From: Eukaryota sp. TZLM1-RC
Lineage: Eukaryota > Protista > Metamonada: BaSk clade
Reading direction: 5' to 3'
Assembly (NCBI GenBank): GCA_040285825.1
Contig: JAUPSS010000004.1
Location: forward strand, 3,871,585-3,935,584
Length of the DNA stretch: 64,000 nucleotides
A program made the translations under genes and the position numbers. The notes beneath the pieces were generated by a model. That model made no database searches and was not told where the DNA came from. It worked only from the letters and a program-made list of their open reading frames with translations. Shown piece after piece: positions 34,117 through 45,930 of the stretch. Within the stretch, counting starts at the first letter, position 1, and each line of letters begins with the position of its first letter.

Positions 34117-34810
34117 TTACATAATACAACAGCCTTTCTTATCTTCATTATTTTGTTCATTACTGGAACTCACGGAATGATTTACAATCTGAGCAGGAAC
34201 AACCTTCTGTGATTAGAAATCAATTAAAAAAACATACAGATGCAGCCTCAACATCATGTTTGGAAAGAGGAACATGGGCTAAATCAGCAGCAATTCTATG
34301 AAACACGGCATTGACATTGTCACCGGTCTTCGCTGATAGGAAAAAAGAAGACATGTCGTTCTCCCTAGCAAAGTCGTTGTGTTTATCAGGTTTCACCATA
34401 CGAAGATGTGCAAGATCCGTCTTTGTACCAAGTAGAATCAGGTGAGGTAATGACTCATCTTGATATGTTCTTCTCACAATGTTTAGCCAATCATGAAGAT
34501 TATGGAAGCTTTGAAGATTGGTAATGTCATATACAAGTATTATGGCATGAGAACCGTATATGTATTTAGAGAGCATCTTGGAGCCTATGGTCTGGCCTCC
34601 AATATCCCATAGTTGAAGTGTCACACGTGTATCATTAGGAAAGTCTATATTTCGGCTAAAGAAGTCCAAACCGACTGTTTGCTTGTAAGACTTAGCAAAG
34701 TAATCATCAACAAAGCGGTACACAGTTGAAGTTTTTCCAACTGCACCATCACCAAGAAGTATGACTTTAAACCTTAATAATTCACTTTCAGAGTCTGAAG
34801 AACTGTACAT
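34117..34810 (-). CDS. RAB28: Rab28 small GTPase, two exons (34810-34238 and 34206-34117)
   Basis: GDGAVGKT, YKQTVGLDFF, WDIGGQTIGSKML.KYIYG are Rab28-type motifs. Splicing out 31 nt restores KVVPAQIVNH...KKGCCIM* with a CaaX end. Confidence 0.93.
34207..34237 (-). other. 31-nt spliceosomal intron
   Basis: GTATGTTTTTTTAATTGATTTCTAATCACAG: GTATGT donor, CTAAT branch point directly joined to CACAG acceptor; contains an in-frame stop. Confidence 0.9.
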
Positions 34811-35564
34811 TGATCAAAGTTGAGTGGTAATTCAATTAATGCATGTTTCTTTCCAAACATCATTGTTTTTGTTTGATGAACGCTATTATACTCCAAACTT
34901 CCTGCATGTACTCACAGATCATTGCAGTACCTTTGTTCTAGTATTATCATGAATATGTAAGCGTGGTATCACGTACTTATTGAGTGTACTGCTTACTTCC
35001 CTATTCCAATAAACTCCACATTCACTATTTTGCCAGTGCAGCATACCTTAACATTGGACTGGTTAAATATCATCTTTGTTCTGATTGCAATTTTGCATGA
35101 GTTCTTGAATTATATTTTCTAGATTGTTAATAACATGAGCATTATAGTACTGCTTTTTGCCGACCGTAAATCATCTTCCATTCTCCTTTTTGTGCGTTTG
35201 AACCTTTTTTATGCAAATGGATCTTTTACTTTTTCGATTGTTTTCGACACAAGCAAATCAACTTTTACTGGTACGATAACCTTCTACCGAACAGGCTTTA
35301 ATACCATTTTTTGCGAAAATTCTTTTCAGTCCTACACATCTCATGGTGCTTGCTTGATCTTGGAAATTGCTCTTCGCAAAGTCAATTACAATACTTATAT
35401 CATCATCCAATTTGACAATTGTTGCCTTAAGTATTGGGGGAAAAGAAAAGTGGATTTATTTTCTAATCATATTATATAAGCCCTTGGGCGCAAACACTGC
35501 TTCTTCCCTATTTTAAAATAAATCATTTCATATGAATATGAAACAAAAACTACAAACAAAAAAC

Positions 35565-36190
35565 TAAATAACTATAAATACTGAGAATTCAACATGCTTC
35601 CTAATTCTATTACTACGTCTAGGCCACCTAGGGGCTGTAGACTCATTGGAGGTACCTTGTCGTTGACTAGTGGTACGCCTACCAATTTTCTTGTTATTCT
35701 TACTAAATAACATGTGAGCTTCTGAATGTTTAACCGAATGGAGAGGCTCTTCTGTTGTCTCACCGCCAAACCATTGAACAGTACAGAAACTACCTGAATC
35801 AGAGCCATATTCTGAGAGGATTTTCTCTATAACGTGTTTTTCAGCATCGCCTCCTACTACTGCCTTGATGAACTCAATATCCTGTGGATTATCAGCGTAA
35901 TAGATTCTACAATTTTTTTAGCAGCTTTTAATTCAATGCCAGTGGTAAGATTCTTTAATGATAAAGTGGATTTGGTGCAGTCAATCACTAAGAATGGTTC
36001 ATTTCAAGATTGATGCAATTTATTATTTTGCTTGGTTTTACGTAAGACATAGTCGCCAATATTGAATACTATAAAACGCGAATTAGTATTATCTACTGAA
36101 ATTGGAGTATTTAATGTTTGGGGACGCTCTGCTTCTTCCCTCTTTTCTTGAAGACGATTATTTTTAAATTTAATGTCAACTAATAAAGGT
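35565..36190 (-). mobile_element. Ty3/gypsy integrase C-terminal remnant with chromodomain-like tail
   Basis: Manual translation: FNIGDYVLRK..KLHQS*NEPFLVI (GPY/F region), then DAEKHVIEKILSEYG..FCTVQWFGGETTEEPLHSVKH. Confidence 0.7.
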
Positions 36191-36199
36191 ATGTTAGTT

Positions 36200-36570
36200 T
36201 CAAATTTGGATAGATTTGCTATTAACTTTCAGTTTGAGCCAAAAACGAGGTGTTATTCAATGTGCTTGGTATGATGGAACTGAACTAATTATCGATTGTA
36301 CGACCGTGTCTCCACGGCAAAGAAGTTCCAATTCTGACATTGCACATTTCCTCAAAAATGCTGAGGTTTTCCAAGAAATCAAAATACGAAACCTTTCTAC
36401 AACGTCTTATTTTGAATAATGTTACGGAGTGTTATAACAAGCGAGTTGCTATCCAAGTGAATAGCGAAAATCTGCCGTCATTCAGTCGATGGGATTTGAG
36501 TGGGTAAAAGCTTAGGTTAAGGTTTGTTGTTTAGTTTTAAAAAAATGTGTTTGTTTCTGGAATAAACTCA
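36200..36570 (+). mobile_element. Short RLE-type non-LTR 3' fragment
   Basis: WYDGTELIIDCTTVSP..FLKNAE resembles the RLE D-x-T motif; AATAAA near 36561. Confidence 0.5.
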
Positions 36571-36726
36571 TTTCATATGTTTGCAGGATCTGTTCTTGGA
36601 TTAATCGAAGATCCGAACATAAATTCGTACGAGGTAAAAACAGTTTTTTGCCTTTAGTGGAGGTTAGTTCTATGAGAATCTTTTATGAACTTTCACAAAC
36701 ATAAAGAAATAGTATTTTTCACCATA

Positions 36727-37008
36727 AATTCAATACAAATTCAAAAAAAATCCAAAGTTCCATTTTCATGTTGAATATATTCTACAAACAGACAACATCC
36801 AATAGAAATGAATCAAATGGTGATGTTCAGCAATTGACAATGATAACCCTAAGTTCTACTCGATTATCATTCTTTTGATTAGGTCAATAACATTTTCAAC
36901 ATTTATGAGCTTTATGCATCATTGAAACTAATGGTCATGTCTCTCCGTTGAGTTGAATTCTATTGTTTTTAAACTGTTTGCAACATTTGCGACAATTCAA
37001 GCATGATT
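36727..37008 (+). repeat. Dispersed ~280-bp repeat; inverted copy at ~42950-43222, direct copies at ~63100 and ~63550
   Basis: cgattatcattcttttgattaggtcaataacattttcaa...gagctttatgcatcattgaaac and its reverse complement. Confidence 0.85.
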
Positions 37009-37045
37009 GAAGTATACAAAGGCAATTATTTAGAAAACACTGGAC

Positions 37046-37558
37046 TTATAACCACTGGATACAAAAAAAGATAGTAAAAAACAAATAAAAATTGAAATAC
37101 TTTATACTAAAAGAGTTTTGATTTCCACCTACATAGTCATGAGAAATATCAACCAAATACATATCACCCGGATACTGAATCCACCATTGAAAACAAGCTA
37201 TTTCAGCTACAAATTCATTCATAATAAGTTTAACAGATTTAATTAAACCTTGATTAATAAGTTTTGTTGGAGATACGGGAGATTTTGACAGATAGAATTT
37301 AGCAGCACTAACAAGTTGAACAAATTTCATAGGATACTTCTGTTCAGTTATATTGGTAGGAATTGGGCTCAATATTTTCAAGTTTGGTAATTGTATTTGA
37401 ATATTGACAGAATTACACACGTTTACTACCAGTCTAACAATCGACTGAAGTAAAAATATTCCTTGTAATGACATGTTTGAAATACCAGGAAACACAACCG
37501 TTTCTTTCAATGCTGTAAGATTGCATACATCAGCAACATGTCCTTCACTGTTGAACAA
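37046..37558 (-). pseudogene. Fragment of an unknown beta-rich (surface-protein-like) gene
   Basis: 170-aa ORF with no ATG start, between repeats; V/I/S/N-rich. Confidence 0.3.
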
Positions 37559-37741
37559 GCACCAACTTCACTAGTGAACTGGATAACTGTTCTATATTGA
37601 AGCAATAATTGAGTTTTAGACATTGGAAATTTGATAAATGTGCCAAGAAGCCAACATAAATTCAATAAAAATTTATAAAAATTCTATACTATTGACGAAT
37701 ATATATCATAATATATTTTTAATATCATAAATATCAAAAAT

Positions 37742-39160
37742 TTACAATATCAATTCTATGGTAACTTCATCAATATTTCCTACAAACGATCCCACGGGAC
37801 AATTAGCGTCAGTTGAACATAACGTGGCTTCAATTTCAATACCATCATAGACTGGCCATGATAGACTGGCCTTTCGACTATCTCGTCTGGCTCTTCTATG
37901 AGGTTGTTTGCGAGTAGGTTGGCCAGCAGAAGGTCGTGACTTGTTGGTCTGGAGGAAGGCTTGATCGGCCTTTGTATTCTTAATGCGGTCGACAGGCTCA
38001 GTGCCTCGTACATCTCCAGCATATACGACTTGACACTCGTTACCATCCTGGTTGAGAACTTTTGATAAGAGATGTTCTTCAGTATCACCTGAGGCCACGA
38101 TGCGATGGAATTTGTCATCGGTGGGCTTATCAGAATGATATAATTTGCATTGTGAAATGCTAGCCTTAGATTCGACACCTGTGATTAAATTCTTTATTAA
38201 TAAAGTTGATTTGCTAGGTTTGTCGATGACCAGATATGGGCCCAGATAATTCCCATGTAATTTGGAGTTACTAAATGATTTGAGGATTCAGTATCCAACT
38301 TCGAATAGCAGGTTACTCGTTCTTGGCTTCTCCTCCGGCGATTTCGATGTTTGGGTGGTTTCTGCTTTTTCTCGTTTTTCTTTCAATCGATTGAATTTAG
38401 ATTGGATATACAAATTTTGTAAGATGATCTCTATGACGTCGTTCAAATAGGCCATTTGATTGACTGAAATTTGGAATACCATTCGTCACGTCGATCGACA
38501 AGAATTCGCAAAGTGATTTAAACACGTTGGTGGCGAATTCTGGGCCGTTGTCACTGTGAATGCTGTAGGGTATACCGAAGATTGCACGAACACTCCAAAT
38601 CAAAGCGTCGGCTGTCAGCCTTGCATTTGATTCTTTGAGGGGTACGAGGATTGTATACCCAGTGAAACTGTCCACGAAAACTAAGATGTATTTATTGGCC
38701 TCTTGATCTGAAGGAAGAGGGCCAATGGTATCCACGTTCAACCTCGCGAAGGGTTTGTCAGCCCAGAGAGATCCGGTTGATGGGGTGTTAGTTTTGGGGA
38801 CAGGTGCCGTTTTCTGACATGATGGACAAGAACGCACATGATTCTTCATGTCATCAGTCATACTAGGCCAGTAGTAGTCGCTAAAGGATAGCCTGCGTAA
38901 ACTCTCAAACATACTAGGATGACCGCCTGATACATAACCATGTATGATCAGAAGCGTGTCGTTGATAAGTGATGACGGAATGACTATCCTGCCTGATTCG
39001 TTAACGTAAAGGTCAAGATGATTGACGGAACAGTTATTAAATGAATGTTCTTGAGCTGCAATCGCTTGTCGTTGCTCTGAACGGATCCTACTCAACCATG
39101 GATCGAACATGGGGATTGCAGATAAACATTTCGAATGTTTTGTGAGTATCCCGAAGGTCT
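37742..39160 (-). mobile_element. Ty3/gypsy integrase remnant (HHCC zinc finger, DDE core, GPY, chromo-like tail)
   Basis: HG..GGH..YYWPSM..CPSCQK; NVDTIGP, FVDSFTGY, HSDNGPEF, SNGLFER; LGPYLVI; frameshifted. Confidence 0.9.
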
Positions 39161-39167
39161 TCTGGGT

Positions 39168-40663
39168 CTAGAAGAGCAAAATCGTCTGGTGATGTGTAGC
39201 GCGAAGAGTACAGGCTCTGTGAGCTTTTGTAAGTTGAGTGAGACGTGCTAATTCATTAGTTAGAGCGACTTCACGAGGGTTGTTGGGATCGCATTCAAAA
39301 TCCTGAGAGATTCTGTCGTTATATGCCCAAGAGATGAAGTTGTTAATGAAAGCAATGACCTTGCCAGTATTAATAATCATATCCTTCTTGAAACGAGGCC
39401 GATTACGATCAGACTGGAGTTTCCTGGCTCGGTCGTGATACAAACTACGAGATGCTTTGGCTATAGCGGCGAGAACAGCGTTTGTTGTGGTAATTCCATT
39501 TTGAGGAGGGAGACCAGCACCATAGACTGTTCTACCGCAGTCTGATGCTTTGGTTTGACGCATCCTGTTCACTTGTTTAAGGGTATGTCGTAACCAGTGT
39601 GACCTTCAACGCCATCTAAAGTGGGATCAACTTCTCGTCCATCTCGAGTGATTGTACGAAAACAACGAGAGGGGATGTCCCAGATTTTGGTGGTGGATTA
39701 GGATGTTTTAGGCATGCTAAGAGAGTCGAAACCCACCGCGTTAGATGGGAGAAGGATGAGAGGAGAAGTGTCGAGATCCGAAACGGACAAATCTCCAGAG
39801 AGGGGTTTGGTGATGGAGGGATCAGGAGAGAAAACTTGGCTCCTGGGAATCCACAAAACGCATGGGTTACTGTCTTCATCATCACCATGAACAGCTATTG
39901 TTTCAGGACGAGAAGGTATGGGAGTGGTTTCGGGATTATCTGAAAGGCTTCTGCGAGTAGGAGGGTTTTCCAACGAGTTACATACTCTCAAGAACTCCTG
40001 ACCGTAAGCACTGCGAACGGCGAAAACTTGGCCTGGACTAGGTTTAATTGCTGATTTTCTATCCAATCGGAATGGATAGAAATCCATGTGACAATTCGGG
40101 TCTGGATGAGTCAAAGGATTATATTGTTGAGGCATCTGCAAGAACTAAAAGTTGTTTCCATCTTCTTCAACAGAAGAAATCCGAGGAAGAGACTTGTTTA
40201 AAAACATCTGAATCATGAACTGTTCGAAGTGGTCTTTAGAAACACGAGTAGCGAGCTCATTCTTCAAGGAGACTAAATCAAGGAAGTTCCATAGTTCCAA
40301 ATCCCCACGGAATTTTTTACTGGTGTACTGCCACTTGGATTTAATTGGAGTAGAAACCTTGGGGGAAGTAGAGGAGGAACGAGCCTTACCAGTAGAATCT
40401 GTCGACTCCTTGGAAGCCGTGGAGGTAGACTCCCCTTTCGAGGTGTCAGTGTGGGCTTCCTTAGGAAAAGAAGACTCCTTGGCAGGAGTGAGAGAGTCTC
40501 CCTCTGAGTCCTGAGGATGTTTGGCGAGATGGGAGTCGAAATCCCTAAGGCCGAGATTGGGGTTGGTTTCACCAGAAGGTGAGGCAGTATCCAGAGAAGC
40601 CTGTTGGTCGTTAGCTGTTGAGCGGCCAATAATTATTGATGCCTGAGGGCTAAGGTTAGACAT
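39168..40663 (-). mobile_element. Interrupted GC-richer ORF upstream of the integrase; putative gag-like ORF of the same element
   Basis: ORFs 40145-40663 and 39698-40141 are in frame across one TAG; 39168-39572 follows; same strand as and contiguous with the integrase; no PR/RT/RH motifs seen. Confidence 0.45.
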
Positions 40664-40859
40664 ATGTATAAAGAGAGAGTAATTTATTATGACGGGAAAT
40701 GAGCTACAGCGAATTTCAACACCATCGTCAGTGAAGTCTCCATGAATGAACTTTAAATAAACATTAAACTAATATACAAGAATAATTAGGAAAGTCTAAC
40801 TACACTCTAGAATAGTGTATGGACTAACAAAAGTGCCATTTGCAATATTACAGGAGGCA

Positions 40860-41380
40860 AAGTCAACAACACCTCAGGGTTCTCAATCCAATCACAGTAT
40901 ACATCACTTCTATCATCAGAACCAAAATTATTCAATGAAAGTGTTTCTTTCAGCAGAGGCTCTTTGATACATAAGATTCTTGCAGTTCGTGCCATATTAA
41001 GAACAGTGTCTCTAACAGCATCATGTATTGAAGAACTATAGGTTATCAATACAGAACAACCCAGAGCAAGGCGCAAAGTGAGCTGAGGTGAATTCGAACA
41101 GATACATTTTTCTTTTAATAATAATTGATTAATGGGGTATTCAAATATAAACTCATTTTTGTTACAAAGGCTTAATTATTAGGAAACAGTCCAAATTTTT
41201 GTTGCACAAAGGTCACAAACAGTGAAGAATCTGATGAGTGATTTTCACAAACACCTTTTTCCAATAACAATGAGTGAAGATTTTGATTTAGATCAGCTGA
41301 GCTGCATAAAAATCATTTTCATACATTCCAATCAGTCGTATCTGTAATGTTCGAAGAGTGTATTTGAAATTTCAATAATT
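40860..41380 (-). mobile_element. CRE-like family A fragment
   Basis: HDAVRDTVLNMARTARILCIKEPLLKETL; matches 32490-33030. Confidence 0.85.
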
Positions 41381-41499
41381 ATATAATTTTGAATTATATA
41401 ATTGTATAAGAGGGAAGGCAAGGTTGGAGACATTATCAAGATGTGAAAATTTAGAATGTTTTGAACTATATAATATAATATTGTTCTGAATACGAAGAC

Positions 41500-41622
41500 A
41501 CAAATTTATTGAAACATAACACTTAATAAAATAAAATTACGACTAATGAACATTAAATTAAATGAACCAAGATTCACAAAATCCTTGTCAGTTTGGCTTC
41601 TCGTCATTGCTTCTCTTATTCG
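41500..41622 (-). mobile_element. Diverged extreme 3' end of CRE-like family A
   Basis: aaatttattgaa..actaatg..gaaccaagatt..gcttctct resembles 5183-5305. Confidence 0.6.
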
Positions 41623-41624
41623 AT

Positions 41625-41705
41625 GAGATGTTATCAACTTGTGATCAAACTTTGTGTGAAATTGTGTGTGAATAATGTTGGCTATGTGTTACTTGGTCAA
41701 TACAC
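41625..41705 (+). repeat. Isolated ~80-bp fragment of the 440-bp satellite unit
   Basis: agatgttatcaacttgtgatcaaactttgtgtgaaattgtgtgtgaataatgttggctatgtgttacttg nearly identical to the array unit. Confidence 0.9.
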
Positions 41706-41709
41706 ACTT

Positions 41710-42870
41710 AAGACTGCCGATGTCATGAATCGCGTGTGGCAGATCCTGCAAATTCTGACCGAAATCTAGTGTTGGCTTACTCCTCTGTTCAATTTTCAGC
41801 TTCATGTGATCAAACAGCGACTTCTACTACTATTTCTTCAACGTCCTCATGTGATCCAACCACTTCCTCTGACCAACTTTCTTTTGATGCTTCCACACAT
41901 GCGCCCGACCACATCTCCGTAATTCCCGTTTCTGACCATACCGTTACCTTTCCTCAAAAGCAACATTTGAGAGATCTTGACCATGCTGATTCTAACAAAC
42001 TAACTTTAATTCTTATATCTCAAAGTTCACCTGGTCTAGAAGATAACACCTTTGGCTCAGAGGTTCAACTGATTCAACTGTCTAGTACTACTTCTTCCAT
42101 CCCATCGACAAATGGGTTGACGCATCGTTGGAATACCATTATCTGGAAGATTTTGCTGCGTTTCAAAAAAATTCTGTTGCAATGCTTGCATTAAAAACGT
42201 TTACACTTCCTTTTGAAGGTAATTTCAAGAACACCACTGTGAAAACAAAATAGTTTGGGGCTTCGCAAACTTTTGGTCTGCTTCAAAAATACTGGAACTC
42301 TTTGGAAAAACAAATAAAAGTTGTGTATGTATTGTCTGCGGCAACGGACTCACCAACGGAGCTATTGCACTTAAACTTGATGTCCCAATGGTCGGATGTA
42401 CATGTTATCGCTGGAAATTAAGCAATACATGATGGAACTTGATGTTGTAGTCAGAAAAATCTACAAGCTATTTGGAGAACTGATGACGGCTAAGCACGTA
42501 ATAATGCTTCAACTAAAAACTGATGTGAGTATTAAAAGATTGAACACCGCAAGGTGGGGTACTCGTTTTGCCATAGTTGAAAAGTACTTTAGTTGTTGTG
42601 AAACTGCTGTCAAGCTTGAACAAAAAGTAACTGACTCTATGCCCACCGTATCTGAGGAAAAAGGTCTGAGGGAACTGCTGACTCTTTTACAAAAGAAGAG
42701 GTTAACAAAAGTCTACAAGCCAGTTCACTTTCTCTTCCTGAAGCAGGGGACATTGCTGCAACGAAAAGTTTAGCAGTCTCACAACTTACACACTTTTCCC
42801 ATGTGACTTGTCTAAATCACCAGAGTTCGAAACAGGTGTGATCAAAGTCATTGACTCAAGAAGATGTAAT
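41710..42870 (+). mobile_element. Degraded hAT-like transposase
   Basis: IVCGNGLTNGAIALKLDVPMVGC (DN..N / CxxH region), NTARWGTRFAIVEKY (TRW motif), SPEFETGVIKV. Confidence 0.65.
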
Positions 42871-44059
42871 CAGAAACAAGCTATTTATTCACTTGAAAAC
42901 TTCTTTTGTAAAATGCGCCATTCGTTTCGATTTTTGCAATGTCAAAATGATCATGCTTGAATTGTCGCAAATGTTGCAAACAGTTTAAAAACAATAGAAT
43001 TCAACTAAACGGAAAGACATGACCATTAGTTTCAATGATGTATAAAGCTCATAAATTTTGAAAATGTTATTGACCTAATCAAAAGAATGATAATCGAGTA
43101 GAAATTAGGGTTATCGTTGTCAATTGCTGAACATCACCATTTGTTTCAAGTTTATTGGATGTTTTCTGTTTGTAGAATATTTTCAACATGAAAATGACAC
43201 TTCATGAATTTATATTGAATAAAATAAATAAATAGACTATTTTTTTACCATACTTCGATAACCAAATGATTATTGAACTTACTTTTTAAACACAAGTAAA
43301 ACAATGTAATGTGTTTCAAAAAACAGCTAATTGTCCAAAAATTCAATAATAAAAACTAAATAATGTATATATTTTTCCAAAAAACAACAAAAATTCACTT
43401 CTTTTATGACTTACACAAACAAACAAAGTCACTGACTCTTTCACTGATCATATGACCTCTGTCGAGCGACTGGCCCTAGTTCCTTTTGAAATATCAGTTT
43501 CTTCTGTTATCTCGCCTGAATCTGCCACTAGAAAGCGCCTTTCTCAAAAAGAGTTTCTCAAAAAGGGAAAAAGCCAGTCTACGTGAGCCACTATCAAAAC
43601 CGTAATGCGACCCAGCATGGATACCAATCACGTCGAACATGGTGGAAAGGCTGTTCAGTCAGTCTAGACCATGCAGAAGTGGCTACAGAGGCAATTTGTC
43701 ACCAAGCATCATGGAACTTGAACTCTTGTTTCATGTCAACCGAGCTTGGTACTTTTTGGAGACTGTAGGATCTCTGTTCAAACAACATGATAAGGCCAAT
43801 GACAATGTTGAATAGTTTCTGTTCAGATGGAGTTTATCAATTATTGAATGTATTAAGTTTTGTTTATCTCAATTTAAGGAAAAATAGAAAACCAAAAATA
43901 AATACACTATTTTGCATTGCAACGATCATCGTTTGATTGTCAAATCTGAAACGATAATCGATCGAAAGTAAAAGATGCATCAGTATCAATCGACGATACG
44001 ATATTGAAATGGGAAAATTAGTTTTGTACCATTTAAAGACTTTCAAAATTACCTTCATA

Positions 44060-44760
44060 CCACAATAATTGTTTTTATACCACCGCTGCTCTATAATGTA
44101 TTCTTTAAATATCGCTTCCTTGAAGAAAGAGTCTACATTCAAGGATAAGAAAAGCTTTCAACTACGACTTGAACACGACAGTCTTCTTGAAAGTCGTGAG
44201 ATCAAATACACTCATAGTGACAAGTTACGATGTCGAGCTTCTTGCTGCCAAATGTCCTGTGAATTCTCTGTTACGACTGTTCGAAGGACAACTGTTCCCT
44301 CTTGCATATGCGATTGTTGATATTGAAAACGATGTCAACTGGAAGTATTTTCTTCATTTATTGAAGGAAAGCCTAAAAGAACCTCATCTTGTTATTGTGT
44401 CTGATCGTCACCCGTCTATTTTAAAAACTGCAAAAGAGATGTTTGAAAATGATGTAGCGCATGCTTACTGTCTGAGACATTTGTGTGCAAACTTCTGCAA
44501 ACATTACAAGCAAAAAGACCTGGAAGGTTATATATGGGAAGCAGCAGAGGCTGTAAACGAAGCAGACTATTTTGTAGCGCTGCAAAAGATCGACAACGTC
44601 AAAGCGCGAGAAGAACTCGATTCAATCAGGGATCATAGTATAATATTATAGGATAATATCATTAGAGACAGAGAAAAGAGATCAGTGTCAATCAATCAGA
44701 ATCTCACCATGGTAGAAAACCAATTATAGTCATGAAAACGTGCAGTAATTTTCTTCACCA
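44060..44760 (+). mobile_element. Internally deleted MULE transposase
   Basis: FKDKKSFQ..SDKLRCRASC..SCEF joined to FPLAYAIVDIENDVNWKYFL..IVSDRHPSI..HAYCLRHLCANF. Confidence 0.88.
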
Positions 44761-44999
44761 TTTCAAACAGTGGTACAAAAACAATTTTGATTTAGAATGA
44801 GTGGCATAAAAAAATTGCCCCTATTGAAATTCGCTGAACATGAAATGAAAATACATTTATCCCGAATTTTACCTGATCCCGTTGATCAAAAATTACCCAC
44901 TGTAGGTGAAAAAAAACGGAAATCACTGAATACGGGCCCCGCATTAACGGGTGATTGAAATTTTTTTTTTCTCTTTTTCTTTGTTTAAAAATTTATGAA

Positions 45000-45320
45000 A
45001 TGTCAGGTACTTGTAGCAGTTTAGGTTCTCGCTCTACCAATTCTTCCTCGAGGGACAGGAAGCGATACAAGCCTACCTTTAGTGGAAACAAATTCTGTAA
45101 TTTAAATTCTGTATCTCACATTTGGTATTGATTTTTTAAGAAAAAGATCAATAAACAGTCAACAGCAGTAAAGCCTCAACAATAAGGTGTAAAAAATCGA
45201 ACTGTCTCTATTACGTAAAGGGCCGAAAGCTAGAATGCTCATTCCCCAAATGCTCTCAAAATCTATGCAAGTGGGCAATTAGAAGCATTCCTAATTCAGA
45301 CACAAGACAGAGAAGTGTGT
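45000..45320 (+). mobile_element. Deleted second copy of the 5' end of the RNase H-ZnF retroelement
   Basis: tgctctcaaaatctatgcaagtgg matches 46261 tgctctaaaaatctacgcaagtgg; ctcgctct..ctaccttta matches 45936-45990. Confidence 0.7.
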
Positions 45321-45399
45321 AGTCACACAATGTTGTATGAACTCTTACAATGATAAACAAATATTGTTTTTTTATTCAACATAAATTCAATGTATATCC

Positions 45400-45930
45400 A
45401 AAAGAACAATTTTAAAGCTAAAACTATTGGACTCATTTTGCATTTGAAAAACCCCACTTATGAGGAAAAACTCGACACATGAGAACAAACCTTTAAATTG
45501 TAATTTACTTATCAGTTGTTTCACACACCGTTGTATGATATTTTTTCTTCACACTTCTTGTGAAAACGTGCCTATGCATATTTGATACAATGCAGGTTTT
45601 ATACATGAGTGAATGATTCATGTCTTCTGAAATCTTGAAGACAATGGTGTAAGCAGTAAAGATGATGTATGTATTAAAAAGAATAATATAAAGAAAAAGT
45701 GTATTATGAAAGAATCTACACCAAGAAAAGCGTACAGCGGTGTAGAGATCAGGTCAATCAATGAAAAATTGACATCAAAAGATTGATTGAGTCAAACGAA
45801 ACCCTTGAAGGACCATATAGGTACAAAGGTTTGCGGTATACAAATGTAAGATGCGCTAGGCAAATCTGCTGTGGAAGAAATCGTGAAATCTACCTTTGTA
45901 CCTCCACGAATCTTGACACTAGGGATAAGT
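45400..45930 (-). pseudogene. Multi-copy relic of a membrane-protein C-terminus (copies at ~50400-51090 and ~62350-63020)
   Basis: Shared DNA (gagtcaaacgaaac, aagatgatgtat, aagaaaagcgtacagcgg). The minus strand reads VKIRGGTKVDFTISST...SFIIHFFFIYSF, a hydrophobic TM-like stretch with stops. Confidence 0.55.
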
